Source: Hemiscyllium ocellatum (taxonomy: Eukaryota). From it: 64,000 bases of DNA. This document shows, piece after piece, positions 10,691-24,447 of this stretch (position 1 is its first letter; each line of letters begins with the position of its first letter). The stretch is taken from contig NC_083401.1 of the NCBI RefSeq assembly GCF_020745735.1, positions 96,593,740-96,657,739 on the forward strand, read 5' to 3'. Made by a program: the position numbers and the translations under genes. The notes under the pieces were generated by a model. The model saw only the letters and a program-made list of their open reading frames with translations, searched no databases and was not told where the DNA came from.

Positions 10691-12174
10691 TTCATCAAAT
10701 GACATTACCACCACACCATCACTCCCCACTGCATGAACCCAACCCAGAGAGCCGAGGTAATCTTGCACATCCAAAAGACAGATCCCCTCAGTACGATACT
10801 GTCGAGATTAAGGGTTTACGTTTATAGAGTGGGAAGGTGAGAATGCTACCACCAAGCCTCAGTTACCCATCATGGAGTCATTGACATCATTGGTCTTTTT
10901 ATTAAAATGATGGAAGCAGTGACAACAGCCAGGACTCCTGTTGAGAGGAGTTGCTAAGATGAATAGTCATTAATCAACATGTTTCAGCAACCCGTGTTGT
11001 TTCAAACAAGGCCTCTCCTCTGTAGCTGTGCCAATTTATTTCAAAACTTTCTGCACCTGGACAGATCTGGCCTAAAACTGTGTATTTGCGTTGAGACAGG
11101 AGTCAGATGAAAAAAAAGGAGTACAAACTGCATAATTAAGAAAGGAAATATTCTCTTAAGTGCTGTTGTTGCAGAGGCAAAGTTACCAAGGTTGCCAAAT
11201 GTGCAGTGGGCGTGGGTGGAACACTAAGTGAAGAGTTTTAGAGTTGTTTCAGGTTTTGCAAAATAAAATTCTATGGGTGTCTACTTCTATGATACCCAGT
11301 TACTGGCTTTACAATTGCAGTGGTCAGGTCATTGTTAACAATGTACGTTCTCCCCTTGCAACACAAATGATAGCACCTAGGTCAGTTAATGGAAGAAATG
11401 TTTTTCATGACTGTGTCTTATTTTGCAGTGCACAGATTTCCAGCCTTGCTTTTAGTGTTTATTTTGTGAAAAATGAAGAGAGTTGCGAAATAACGTATAT
11501 TTGAATAACATTCTTAGCATGTTGTGAGGGTGTCTCAATTCCACTTCATAGCTATTTATTGGTTGTCACTGCTCTCATGTAGGCAAACAGAGCAACCAGT
11601 TTACAGACAGTAAATTCCAACAGCCAAAAAACGAGATGAATGATCAGTTCAGCTAGTTTCTGTGGCAGTTGAGGCCTGACTATTGGTTAGAACAGAAAAT
11701 GTGCAGTACCTTTCAATGGAGGTTGTCTGCTATAACTTTAGGTTTCCGTGAAGATTGAATCCATGAGCTCTTTTAAACAAATGTCACCACTGTGGAACTT
11801 TGGATTGAGCTTCAATGTCACATCATGATCTTCATTTGTTTGGATGCTATAAATTAATTTTCTGTCATGCTTTATTTACTGAAATGAATAAATCACTGTT
11901 GTAACACGAGACATCCCAATGTTTTGTCTAAGAGTTTTTTAAATCAATATTGGCCCTAACAGTGACCAAATAGCATAAATCGAGAGAAAAACAGGATTGG
12001 AGCTCATGTGGATTGATGTTATCTGAACTAGTCAGATACATATTGCAGCAGGAGAGAGTGATTGTTAATGAAGGACAATAGGCCTGAGATGAATCATGGT
12101 GGAAACTCATTGAGACGTTTCCTTGGGTTATCTTGAAAGGATAAAGGTTTTTATGCAGAGTCAAAATACTAAAG

Positions 12175-12327
12175 CTCCCTCCCTCTTGGCATTGTGAGTC
12201 CACCCACACCAAATGGACTGTAGCAGTTCAAGAAGGCAGCTTACCACTTCCTTACCAAGGGTAAGTAGGGACAGCAATAAATGCTGGCCCAGCTAACAAT
12301 GCCCCACATCCCACAAGTTAATAAAAG
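12175..12327 (+). mobile_element. L2-type LINE 3' end
   Basis: ggactgtagcagttcaagaaggcagc...aataaatgctggcccagc...cccacatccc; the same tail occurs at 42190-42305 and on the tRNA-SINEs. Confidence 0.65.
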
Positions 12328-13073
12328 TGTTCCCTCAGTCCTCAGTTAAAATGGTGATGCTTCTAACTGCCCAAATTCAGGAACAATCAGAAGCACAGAT
12401 GGGGAGCAAGGGTGTGGCCATGTCCTTGGCTTTAACCCTTTGACTCCCACCTTGCTATCCACCACCCCCACCGCACAACATGAAGATAAAAACCTCTTAC
12501 CACTGGATTCCTCCAAGAAGTAGTTTTGACTCCCAATCCTCAAGATCCAGAGGACAGGCCAGCAGGCAGCTTGTGATGGGCTGTCAGTGTTGAGGCCTGC
12601 ATCAGGCCAAGAAACCCGATCAAGTTTCTCTGCCAGGTCTTACTGAGCTGATTGGTGTGAGAATGGACAAGTTGGCTCAGCACAGGCAGTGGGGTCTTCA
12701 TTATACATCCACTTTGATTAAAGATGAGACAAACGTGCCCACCGTCAGCCTCTTGGAATGATACTTTCTTTCTAAGTGACCAGGCAGACATGTTGTCGAA
12801 GGTCAGCAAGGTGGCTCACACTGGAAGACCAACGTAGCTTCCACATCAACACCCATCTCAACATAGAGCTGTGAGTGTGAGAAATGGATTGTATTAAAAG
12901 AATGGGAGCACAACATTTGTGGAGAGTGAGACCAAAGAAATGGATGTGAGGGTGGGCAGGAGTGATGGGTGTTCAGATGGGTTGTGAGGAAGTGCATGGA
13001 CAGAGAGGAATGAGTGGAGGTGCAATCTGTACTGGTGTGAGGGTTGTATGGGGAAATCAGTATGTAGGGATTG

Positions 13074-13300
13074 TTACCTGAACGTGTTCTGTGACATTTT
13101 CCATTATCTTGAGCTCCTGGAACCTGAGAGAGCTGTCTCCAAATTCAAGGGACCACATCCTTGCTACCTATCTTTCCCCGCCACTTCCATGCAGTGCTGT
13201 TTGGTTTGAGAGACTGGCCTCTTTCTCCTGTGCTAATAAGGATGCACTTCACTTCAGACTCCAGGTCAGAGTCTCAGACCAATGGGGCAGCCGTCCTGTG
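13074..13300 (-). mobile_element. Harbinger-like Myb/SANT exon relic
   Basis: Degenerate translation AAPLV*DSDLE...TAWK followed by a cag|gtaac donor and a CA/CT-rich intron-like tract, as in the copies at 31325 and 49630. Confidence 0.4.
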
Positions 13301-14612
13301 GTTTCTGTGGAAGCCTAAAGAATCAACGTGTAGTTCTGCCATTTTGACCCCTACCAAGACCCTTTTGGCTAAAATTTTCTTCTTTGGCACATTATCCACC
13401 ATACAATGTGTTTTAACTCATCTATCTAGCAAAGAAGCTGTGAGTTGACTCTTGATAATAATAAAAAATGATAATATTTAGTTATTTAACACAATTCATA
13501 CTATAAACTAACAATTTACACTACAAATCTATCTTGTGCTTTAATGTAACTCTGGATGACCATATACCACCACACTAGATCTTGGCCTTGATGCACATGG
13601 TGACAATCGTCTGGTCTGGTCTTCACCCGATGATCCCAGGGGTTGCTTCTCTTCTCAAGGATTGGTCTTGAGTTACCACACTGAGGGTGGTTTTGCAATG
13701 ATTCTTATACTCAGTAGTTGTTTGCAACGTTTTTGGACAGTCTTAAATATCCTCCAACAGATTGATCAGGACTCAGTCATCCTGACCATTTGGACCCAAC
13801 CAGGCGTAGGCATGTCGATGGTAGGTGATCCTTAGGTATCCATTCCTGAAGGTGTTGGGTGCACATAACCTCTTCCAAATAAGGCTATGAGGCACCCCAT
13901 ATCTGCTACACATCCCAATGTTTCCGATTGCCCTGAGGAAGGCATTCTGGTTGACTGTATTCAAACCTAAATTCAGGTGTGTATTGTATGGTCTGCAGTT
14001 ACCAGGTTGATTGCATACTGGGTGTTTGAAGCTGTAGATTGTCTGGATTTGCAGCTTGTTTATTAGCACACTCACTTTGGTCAAGGTTTGCCTCAGTTTC
14101 CCAGCATGCCTCAGTTATTGTCCAACCATTGTAAATCCAACAGAAATTCATCATTATGAGTGGCTCATCCAGCCACACCCTCCTGCCCACTGCGAACAAC
14201 TGGGAACTCCAGAAACACAAAGCTGTGCCTAAGCTAAAGAAACCTTGCAATGCCCCCTCAAACAGACCAAATAAGTTCCTGACCACTTTCCAGCCTCCAT
14301 GCTGTGGGTTTCTGGATCTGTTGAGGCAAAATTATGGCCAGTGCTTCCTTTACCCTCATGGAATTCCCTCCTTAGTTTTCTGTAAATACTACTGTGTGAC
14401 TACACGCTTTAAGCATCTTATCTCATTTGTAAAAAGCACATTAACAACACAATAGAACTGTAAGTTATTGTTGTTATGAGATACTTATTAGGTCAGCATA
14501 TACGTCTGAGGTTGGGTGTATAGTCAGCTCAATGACTTCCTTGCCAATTTCCCACATGGATCTGCTCTTTTTAATTATTATCTATTCTTCTAAACAGGCA
14601 GCAAGTACTGGG

Positions 14613-14685
14613 GTTAACTGTTTCTATCTCGACAGATGCTGCCTGACCTGCTGAGCAATTCCAGCAATTTTTTCTCTTGTGCTTC
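14613..14685 (+). mobile_element. Short Penelope-like tail beginning at the GTT|AAC HHR-site sequence
   Basis: gttaactgtttc...cagatgctgcctgacctgctgagcaattccagca. Confidence 0.6.
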
Positions 14686-16329
14686 GGCAAGATTTTAGTT
14701 TAGGAATCATGTTTTAGGGTATTCCCCGGCCACCCAGAGAATTCCACCAAATCTATTGCTTGATAAATTGAGTTGATACAAGTCAAGTCCCAACTGCTTT
14801 CAGGGAGCCGAATTTCAGGAAGGGTTTGAGAAAAATGGGCCCAATGATCGGTCTAAGTTGCCCAGGTACATGCCCATACAGCAATCCAGCAGGTACTACA
14901 TAGTCGTAACAAACAAGCTACTCATAACAGAGAAAATTTAAAGGGTCAAGTTGATGTTTGTTAATGTGATACAAAATGCATTTCTGGCATGAAGTGTGAA
15001 TGTGCACAGAACTTATTGGACCCATTGTATGTCTGATAAATCAGCACAGAGTCAACACGTTTATCAAATATTTACCCAATCCTTGATATCCTATGGTAAG
15101 TGGAGTGGACCCATCTCCAATATGCTCAAATATTAATTTTCAGTGTTTGGTTTTACTGATTCTTCAGGGTCCCTGCACTTCCTTTCTGCAAGAGATACTT
15201 GAAACTATTCACCAATCCCTTTTCCTAAAATTCCTCCCCCCTCCCACACCGAGTGATAACATTCAGGCTTCAACACTAGTTTATTTCTTTTTACTTTGCA
15301 GGATATGTTCCCTTGGCTTTGTAATTTGAAACGGGAGCTAGCGATAATGGACAGGTGTCTGTGCTGTAAAGTGTGTAGAGATATCTGCTCCATTGCACCA
15401 TCTCTGATAGGTCGTCTTTGACCATGATGATCTCAAACTACATTTCAAGAGATGTGGCTTCCCTCCTTGTCATATTGCACAAAGTGGCTTGCTAAGAGTT
15501 TCTGGTCATGATATGCTCATTTCAGACTGTGAACTATTCAGTTGGCTGGGGATGTTAAATGTTTTGCCTCATGTTGAGTGTTTTTGATGCGGCTTTTTGC
15601 AGTATCTGCCCATGAGCCATTACAACAACAACTTTTATTTATATACTGCCTTCAAAAAAAAAACAAGCTAGGAGCCATATGATGTATCTTGTGTCAATGC
15701 ATGTGTGTCCCTTTGTACAAAGTTATCTGGCAGAAGTGCACAAGGTGTAAGTATCCCTAAGCTGCAAAGTAAAGTGCTAAAGGGCTGAAGTGATACAGGA
15801 GTTGGTCCAACAGCAAGCATGATGACGTAATGAAGCTGGTGTTTGATAATGTTGATTTGTTTGAATGTAGGCTGGAGGAAGATGGTCAGCATGTAGGAAT
15901 GTTGTGATGAAAGCAGAGTTTTCTGAAGGTCCAGAGAAGGAATTGACAAGCCACTGCCATCAGTTAACCACTCTGACTTTCACATCAGGAATGGCGCCAT
16001 CAGATTTCTCAGGAAAGGAGGAAATTGGAAGCTGCATTGAAATGAGGCGAATTAAGCCATTAATGAGATTTTTAAAATGCATCAAATGCACAGAAATAAG
16101 GTATTTGCCACTCATTAGTGATACTCTGAACTCACTTTTTAAACCTTACTTGGAAAATCAGAAATTTTACCTCAAGGTCAAGAATCTGATTTTTTTCATT
16201 TTCACCATGTTTTCTACCATTTCTTGCCATTGCTCACACCACTCATTGGAGCAGAAAATTCTTCTCAAGTCATGCCAGGAGAGATTAGGGCAGATTTTAG
16301 AATCGAGGCAATATTTAACAGAGTGTTAC

Positions 16330-18410
16330 CAGATGTGATAGCGAACATCAGTTAGTATGAAGTAGGATTTAGACAGCAGAGATTTGACTAACCTCAAGTT
16401 TATGGGGATAGCATGTGGGAGACTGACTGGAAGTGCGTGCAAAATTCAAATCTAGAGGTACCAAAGGCATGAATGAGGGTTTCAGCAGCAGTTAGAAATA
16501 ATGAAAAATAGGACCAGGAGTTGTCCATTCGGTCCTTCAGGTTTGCTCTGCCATTCAACATAATCATGGTTGATCATCCAACTGAGTACACTTTTCCTGC
16601 TTTCACCCCATAATCCCTTTAGCCCTAAGCAACATACCTAACACTTTCTTGAGAACCCCCAATGTTTTGCCTCAACCACATTTTGTGGCAGAAAATTCCA
16701 CAAGTTCGCCATTCTCTGAGTGAAGACATTTCTCCTCATCTCAGTCCTAGATGGTTTACCGCGTATCCTTAAACTAACCTCTGGTTCTGGATTCAGTAAT
16801 TATCCGGAACATTCTTCTTGTGTTTCCCCCGTCTCGTCCTGTTAGAATTTTAGAGCTTTTCTATGAAATCGCCCCTCATGCTTCTAAATTCCAGTGCATG
16901 TAGTCCATATATAATATAATGTATATATACACATACATTTTATGTATAAATATATCAGTGAATATGTATATGTAGCCAATCTTATGTCAGTCCTTCTATC
17001 CCAGGAATCAGTTTGGTATATCGTTGTTACACTCTGTCCATGGCCAGAACATTCTTTCTCAGAATCAAAGATCAAAACCATAACAGTATTCCAGGTATGC
17101 TCTCACCAAAGCCCTACACAACTGCATCAAGACCTTCCTGTTCCTGTCCTTGGATCCTCTCTTTATGAAGGCCAACATCGCATTTACTGTCTTAACTGCC
17201 TGCTGCACCTGCATGCTTACTTTCAGCGACTGTTGTGCATGTCTCATTGCACCACCCTCTTTCTCAATCTATCGCCAATCAGATAGTAATCTGCCATCCT
17301 GTTTGTGCTTTTAAAGTGAATAGCCTTACATTTATCCACTTTATACTTCATCTGCAATGTATTTGCCCACCCACTCGGTTTGTCCAAATCACATCCTCCT
17401 CACAGTTAACCCTCCCACCCAGCTTTGTGTTGACTGTAAACTTGGAAATATTCTATTTAGTTCCCTCATCACAATAATGATAATTATTGTATAGCTGGGG
17501 TCCAGCACTGATCCCTGCGGTATCGTAATGGTCACCGCCTGCCTCTCAGAAAATGACTTTTTTATTCCTACTCTTTGTTTCCTATCTGCCAAACAGTTCT
17601 CTATCTGTGGCTGTACATTACCCCAACCCCACATGCTCTAATTCATGGTAATTTCTAATGTGCAATTTTATCGAAAGCTTTCTGAAAATCCAAGTAAACC
17701 ATATCCACTGGCTTCCACTTAACCACTCTACCAGTTACATCATCAAGAAATCCCAGCAGATTTGTCAAGCATGATTTTTCTTTCATAAATCCATATTGGC
17801 TCTGTCTAATCCAGATGCACTGCTATTAAATCTTTTATAATGGACTCTCACACATTCCTGCTTCTGATGTCAGGCTAACTGATCTATAATTCCATGTTTT
17901 CTCCCTACTTCCTTTTGGAACTGTTCCAAAGTCTTGGAAGAATCTTGGAAGATGACCAACAATGCATCCACTATTTGTAGGACTACTTCCTTAACGACTG
18001 TGGAATGTAGATTATCAGACTCAAGGATTTACCAACCTTTAATCCCATCAATTTCCCCAAAACCATTTTCCTACTATTACTGATTTCATTCAATTCCTCC
18101 CTCTCATTAGACTGAGTTCCCCAACATTTTTGGATGTAATTTGTGTCTTCCTTTATGATACAGAAAATGTATTTAATTGATTTGCCATCTCTTTATTCCC
18201 CATTATAGCTTCTCCTGTTCCTGACTGTAAGGGACTTACATTTGTCTTCACATTTTCTCTTCACAGACTTAACATGTAAATGTGAGGAGAGGGATGTGGA
18301 CAGGTAGTGTTACAGAAGTAGCTGGTGTTAGTGACAATGTGGATAAATGGTCATGAACTCACTTTAGGGTCAAATACGGCACTAAGATTTACAAAAGCCT
18401 GACTCTGCTA
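16330..18410 (-). mobile_element. L2 fragment (16330-16491, 18275-18410) interrupted by a ~1.8-kb CR1 (16492-18270)
   Basis: ORFs 17065..17247 and 17389..17634 show CR1 RT motifs (LADRKQRVGI, PQGSVL, MQVQQAVK). The L2-like text gcatgaatgagggtttcagcagcag resumes after the CR1. TA-rich tract at ~16905-16972. Confidence 0.75.
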
Positions 18411-19814
18411 TTATGTGTAAAAGGACCCCATCAGAACCCTACCATTGTTCATCTCTGTTCTCAGTCTGGCATCCTTTCCTTATCTCCCCACACCTGGTGG
18501 CTGTGCTTCATCTACTTTAAATCCATTTTCTAGAAATCCTTTCCAGTCTTTCCATCATTCGTTCTCCTTTTTAAAGACCTTCCCTAAAATCCACATCTCT
18601 AACTCACTGCTTGTTTGTCCATTCTAATCTCCCCTCTCTTGGAGAACTGTCCATTTACTTCACATACCTGTGAAGCCTGTGAAGCCTGTTGGAACATTTT
18701 TCAACATAAAAAGGGCTTTACCAGTCCAGCTTGTTGATTTTTCATTTCTTTTACTCAGATTCTTGCACTTCTCTTTACCCAGCTGTAGCTTTTAATTTTG
18801 CCTTGTTTTGCCTTGGCAGCCTCAAGGCAAAAATGATCTTGGCAGTCTATCCCTGTCTTATGACATTACAGGATACACTTATTAAAAACAATTTCCTTGT
18901 GGGGTTAGAAGTGTAGTTCTTAATCTCAAATTTGTTTGGTACTTTTTGAGTCTTGTAATAACAAAGTCATAGTCAGAATCCATAAAATCTCTTTGAACTC
19001 CTCTTCCTTTTCCCTTTAGTTCTGTTATCTTTGATTTCCGCCTCTTCTGTGATCCATAAATCAATGGCACATTTTCATAGCTTCACCAAGCCAGCATTCT
19101 TCTTCAGATACAAATGTGCAAAAAGTACAATTTGAGTTGATTTCAGGATGAAAATATTAAGTGTGCCCAAGGTACAAAAGTAACTGAATGTTGTACCAAT
19201 AAACACAGAACTTACTTGCCTCCATATTTTCTGTTGGTTTAAAAAGTTGAAAATTCATATACTTCTATACATGATTTTCAATAAGTGAAAGTTCATAAAT
19301 ATTGAGGCAGGTAGAAGTTAAGTAAATGGATAGTCTGTATAAATCCGGATAGGAAAATACAGCTCATTATGTGAAGATTCTTGGACAGCATATAGATTAC
19401 ATAAAGGGCACATGATTTTCACATTAAACAAATATAGTGGAATTCACTTACTAATATATCCATTTCATATTCCTATCCTTAATTAACCTCAATTCAAAAC
19501 TGGTGAAAAGATATCTTTTGGCTAACAATGTTCAGATAGTCTTGGATAGTTCCCAAGTACATTTGTTCCATTGCCAGAATTTCTAGACTTTGTACTTCCG
19601 TTCCTTCCCCTCAAGGGAGAAATGCCAGACACAGAAAGAGCGCTGTGGAGACGACATGATATAAAGACTGTTAAGAAAGGATGCTGAATAAATAGGATTT
19701 GAGATCACCCCATATCAAATGGTCTTTAGATGGTGATAATAGTTTCTCTTCTCAATTATTCATATTTATATGATACATTTGATTATTTGCATCTCTCCAA
19801 ATGCACTGACCATA

Positions 19815-20050
19815 TATACTCCATCTGGTCTCCTGGCCAACATTCTATTCCTTAGCCAGCATCATTTAGCAGATTATCTCCTAATTTCTCTCATCACTGC
19901 AAATGAGACCTTGCAATATTCAAATCGACTGCCTCATTTTTCATTATTGCCATAGTGACTACAAATTAAAAGCCCTTATTTGGTTGTAGAGCATGGTGAG
20001 ACATCCTAATGTCATATTAGGCCCTTTATATAAGTACGAGTTCTTTCTTT
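19815..20050 (+). mobile_element. DeuSINE-like 3' half
   Basis: tcctggccaacatt...gcagattatct...gagaccttgc...tagtgactac...ttggttgtagagc...gagacatcct. Confidence 0.5.
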
Positions 20051-20489
20051 GAATTGTTAGTACCCTGCATTTTAATAATCAAATCCTATGATAAATAAAT
20101 GCATATTCAAAATAACAGCTTCGAAATTTGTGCCAATCACTTCATCTAGCTCATTATTTGGCTTTTGTTCTGATTGATTGGTCATTCAGTAGGCATAAAA
20201 TGGCATGCATTTCAATAGCACATGCCAAACACCACTTTAAAGAAGATAGAATAAACCTAACGAGCTCTTGTTCAGTTTCCAAAGCCCTGCACATGTATGT
20301 GCTTAGCTGGCCCTTATAAAATGGAAGTTAATTTCTACTGTTGAAGTTATGAAAATGGTCTTGGCAGTCAGTGATTGATTTCTCTGATTCTGAAAGTTCA
20401 ACATAAGGTTTGTCTTCACCCAGACTGACATTTTATAAACTGGACTGCAGAGACACTGCAGAGTGCAAAAATATTACTCGCAATGAAAG

Positions 20490-20880
20490 GTATTAAAGGA
20501 GCAAAAGGAGCAGGCTGGACCATTTTCTCTTGAAAAGTGAAAGCTGAGGGGTGATCTAATGGAGGCCTACAAACTGCATAATATATTAATTTAATGGATA
20601 GAAAGCAAAACTTGCTACAAATGAAAGATAGAAGAAACCCAGTAGAGAATTCTGAAGAAACTTCTTTGCTCAAAGAATAAGTGTGGAACTTGCCACCGCA
20701 CGTAGTGTTTGATGTGGATAGTAAATATGTAATTAAGAGGAGGCTATGAAAGTGTGGGAGAGAGAAGTGAATGGATGTTAATAAAGTTGGATGAGGGAAG
20801 ATGGTGGAAGCTTGAGCGGAGTCTAAACACTGGGTTGCACTGGCTGCATAACTCATTCTATACTCTATAATTCTATGAAG
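20490..20880 (+). mobile_element. Old CR1 3' end
   Basis: aggctggaccattttctcttgaaaag...gctgaggggtgatctaatggagg; aaacttctttgctcaaag...tgtggaact. Confidence 0.6.
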
Positions 20881-23800
20881 ACTGTTCATAATCTTACAAC
20901 CATCCATCAGTTTATTTACTAAACTACTTTTAGGGGCCTAAGTGCAACAATCTGGGATTATTAATGGAGAATTTATTTATAAGGTAAAGCTGACAAGAAA
21001 CAGTAGTGAAGCTATATCATTTGTTACAGCTGGCTTACAGAAACATGTAGATTTAGCTCACTGGGTGTTTTTGGCAAATGCAATAACTTTCTTGAAGAGT
21101 TACACTAAACCCATTAAATAAGCCTTTCTTCCAGAAGCCATTGAACTTACTGTTCATTTTAATACATTTTGTTTTTAGTTCATGTGCTTGGGAACTATAT
21201 TTTCCCATTTTGAATGTACAATAACACTGGTCCTATTCTGAACATACGAATAAAATTGAATAATTATTTTTAACGTACTTTAATAACACATTTTAGGTGA
21301 ATTTATAATAAATATTGCAGCCTAACACCTGGCTTTTCATTGCCCAGGTAGTGTTTGTCTTCAGCATGGTTTCTGAGGCACAGATATGTATTTTTGACTC
21401 TAGTGGGCCTTACTCAATTTTAGTATGTTAGTACCTCACAGGGAGCAAGTGCTAGAAGCATGCAGAGTAGTTTGCTATTTTGAGATCAACTCTCCAGCTA
21501 ATAACTTTTGACCCCGTACAATGAAACAATGTTCAGTGCTGGAAATACTTAGGAGGCCAGACAGCATTTGTGGAAAGGAATAGACATTTAAGAGCTTGAT
21601 GATCCTTTAGAACTGAGAAAACTAAAATTGTGATAAGTTTTGAGCAAGTGAACGTAGGGAGGTTGTGAAAGAACAAAACGGTAGACTTGTGATGGCGTAG
21701 GAGACATGAAATGACAGCAGGATTCCTTCTTTATTTGACTTTTCACCCAGATTCTGAATCCAGAAAATGCTTATTAAGCTATTGTGTCCCCATGAGTCCA
21801 GCAGACATGCTCAAGTTTATTGCTTGGACTGTGCTGTGTGCAGCGATATTATCTTACATTTCCCATTGATTACAGTATATTATCACTGGCAGTAATCCAA
21901 TGCTCGCTGCAATTACTGCTGCTCCACATTACCATTAAAAAAAGCTGTAATGGAATACTCCTTGTGTTCAGCTGGTAATATTAGTATACTTTAATTATGA
22001 ATGTATTAGATAATTAACAAGAACGACAGATGAAATTATATTTTTATGCAAAAGGGACTGGATTTAATTGTAAATTAAGTGCTCAAGAGTCAGTAAGTCA
22101 TTATGGTCGTAATCATTAGTTCTCTGTCTAAACCCCAGGGTAATTGCCAGGCATAGGAGATAATTGAATGCAATCTTCATGATTGTCATCTGGAAATTAT
22201 TTAATGATGTGAGAAAGGCAGTCACATAGAATAATACATTTGACTACTAACCAACAAACCATCTTGTACAGCTACAGAAACTAAGTCTTTGAACACAATA
22301 AACTGATACCTGAGGAAGAAATTTGTGTACTATGAAATATGGGGCAAACTGAGGGACTTGGCTTACCTGTTGTTCCGAAAAATGTGAACTATTCCATGAC
22401 AATTAATTTAATGACCATGAGGAATAATTACAGCAATAATTGGATTGTGGACATTGGTGACCTACTTTAGACAATGGTAATTGTAAAACAATATTATTAT
22501 ATTTTAGGGATCAAAGAAGGGAATTGTATTCATGTAATACTTTATCTCAAAACAGTTTAGAAGTGGATTTTTGTTGAAAGGCAGCCACCTCAAGGTCCAG
22601 GTGGTCTCTGTTCCTCCACAACATCTCTTCACTGTTTTCCAGCTCTGTAGTAGTATTTCCTATCTAGTTATAGCCCTAGTTATACCTGGCCCTCAGTAAG
22701 AAAAACATTTATGGGGTTTTCACCTTTGCTTCAATGTGGTGAGAGCTACAAATTTAAAGCTATAAAAATTCAAATAATTTCAAAAATAAGCTCCAAACTT
22801 TTATAATAGAAGAACTGAAATTCCAAATTATTCTAATTCACACTGTGGCATATTGAGGACCTTGGGTTAGAATTTCCATACGGTTCCACCGATCTTCAGT
22901 TCAGGATTAACAGGAATTCTGGAGTAATGCTGTAAATAGCTACCGCTTCAATATTTTGCTGATCCACACATCTCCCTTCACCGTGAAGAGTTTACCTCCC
23001 AGATATCTCCACGAAGCAAGTTTTCCAGCCAAGCCCTTATCCCAGTGAGATACTCTGCTTGCATTTTCTCCATTATTCACTAGTCCCTGGTGTTTTAGAA
23101 TTTTATTCTGTACGGACATTACAAACAAGAAAGTAAGAACATCACAATTCTGCAATACTTAAACTTGCAATGCTTTTAGGGTATCAGGGCAATGATGGAA
23201 ATCAGAGCTGGTAAATTACATCAGCAACGTCCTATTCAACGGACTGTAATTTAGCGTATATGGGAGTAGGTATTTACTGTATTCTCCCCTTTTCAGAGAT
23301 GCAGATAAAGGGAGTTGCACTGAGAGAATGCATCATCAACTGAAAATCCTGCCCACTATGTCACCAATTATGTGTAGAATAGGAGCAAAAGACTGTTAGC
23401 CATCCATAGATGAATATCCACCCGTGATGTATTTAAGAATAGTTTCCTTACAGCAGCCATAATGCAAACCTTTCAGAGGTTGTAACAAAAATGGCCTTTG
23501 TAGAACAGGGCTGATCTTTTCCTCTTCACCTTCCTGCTGTCAGACCTGATGGCATTATCCCCAAATGTCTTGTCAACACTTCAGTTTGCAGGCTTCCTCC
23601 AGCCCAGCTCTGCCAATACTGGGCGCTCACTCAGTAAAGGTAAATTGGCTGGTGCTGGTAATTGGGACAGGACCAGATATACTGAAGTCTGCTCCAACAG
23701 TGAGAAGCTATGAGGAGTGGATAATGGGTTTTTGGGGTTGAAATGATCTTTCAGCAGCTGATGTGATCAAATTGAGAATTGTCACAAATAATTTAATGTC

Positions 23801-24447
23801 CACAGAACTTTTTTAAAAATTTCTGAATGGCTTTGTTTCTAGGAACTATAACTTTCAGGTTGCTCTACATTTTGATTCTGTGACGTATGGTTATCCAAGT
23901 AATGTATCTTCTAAAATTATATTATTGAAAATGCACAATACTCAGGGGTAAAACAAAGCTCTTACTATGAACTGCCAGATAACCAAAGTGCAACTCTACG
24001 CCCGTCTTTATCAATGCTGACAAAAGTACAGTATGTTCTTGGTTTTGGTGATAAACCACTTTGACGCAGGAGGGTTTGAACATGCTGGTAATTGCCATAT
24101 TCATATCCTGCAGTGAAATAAAGGTTATATGTGGCCAATTGGATGAGTCAAACTGAAGCATTTATTGTGGGAAATAAAATGCTACTCCAGCATGCAGTGA
24201 TTTTATTCAATAGGGAGCTGAGCAGGAGGTTTTCTAAGTTTGATCCCTAGAAACTGAGAAACTGATTGAGTAAATGAATCTCCATTTTCATTTTCCATTT
24301 TCTCTCACTTTCTAATAAAAAGATAGAAATGCTTCATTCCAGAATTCAAATGTAGTGAGAAAAACTCAGTTAAGCTGCTTGAATATAAAATTTCACAAAA
24401 ACTAATCCTGAAAACTTCACATCTCACAAACCCAAGGTCCACTTAAA

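Noticed and set aside
13500-14330. Possible RTE/L2-like or host coding relic (ORFs 13773..14084, 13999..14286)
   Set aside because: No motif I could assign with confidence; left unannotated.
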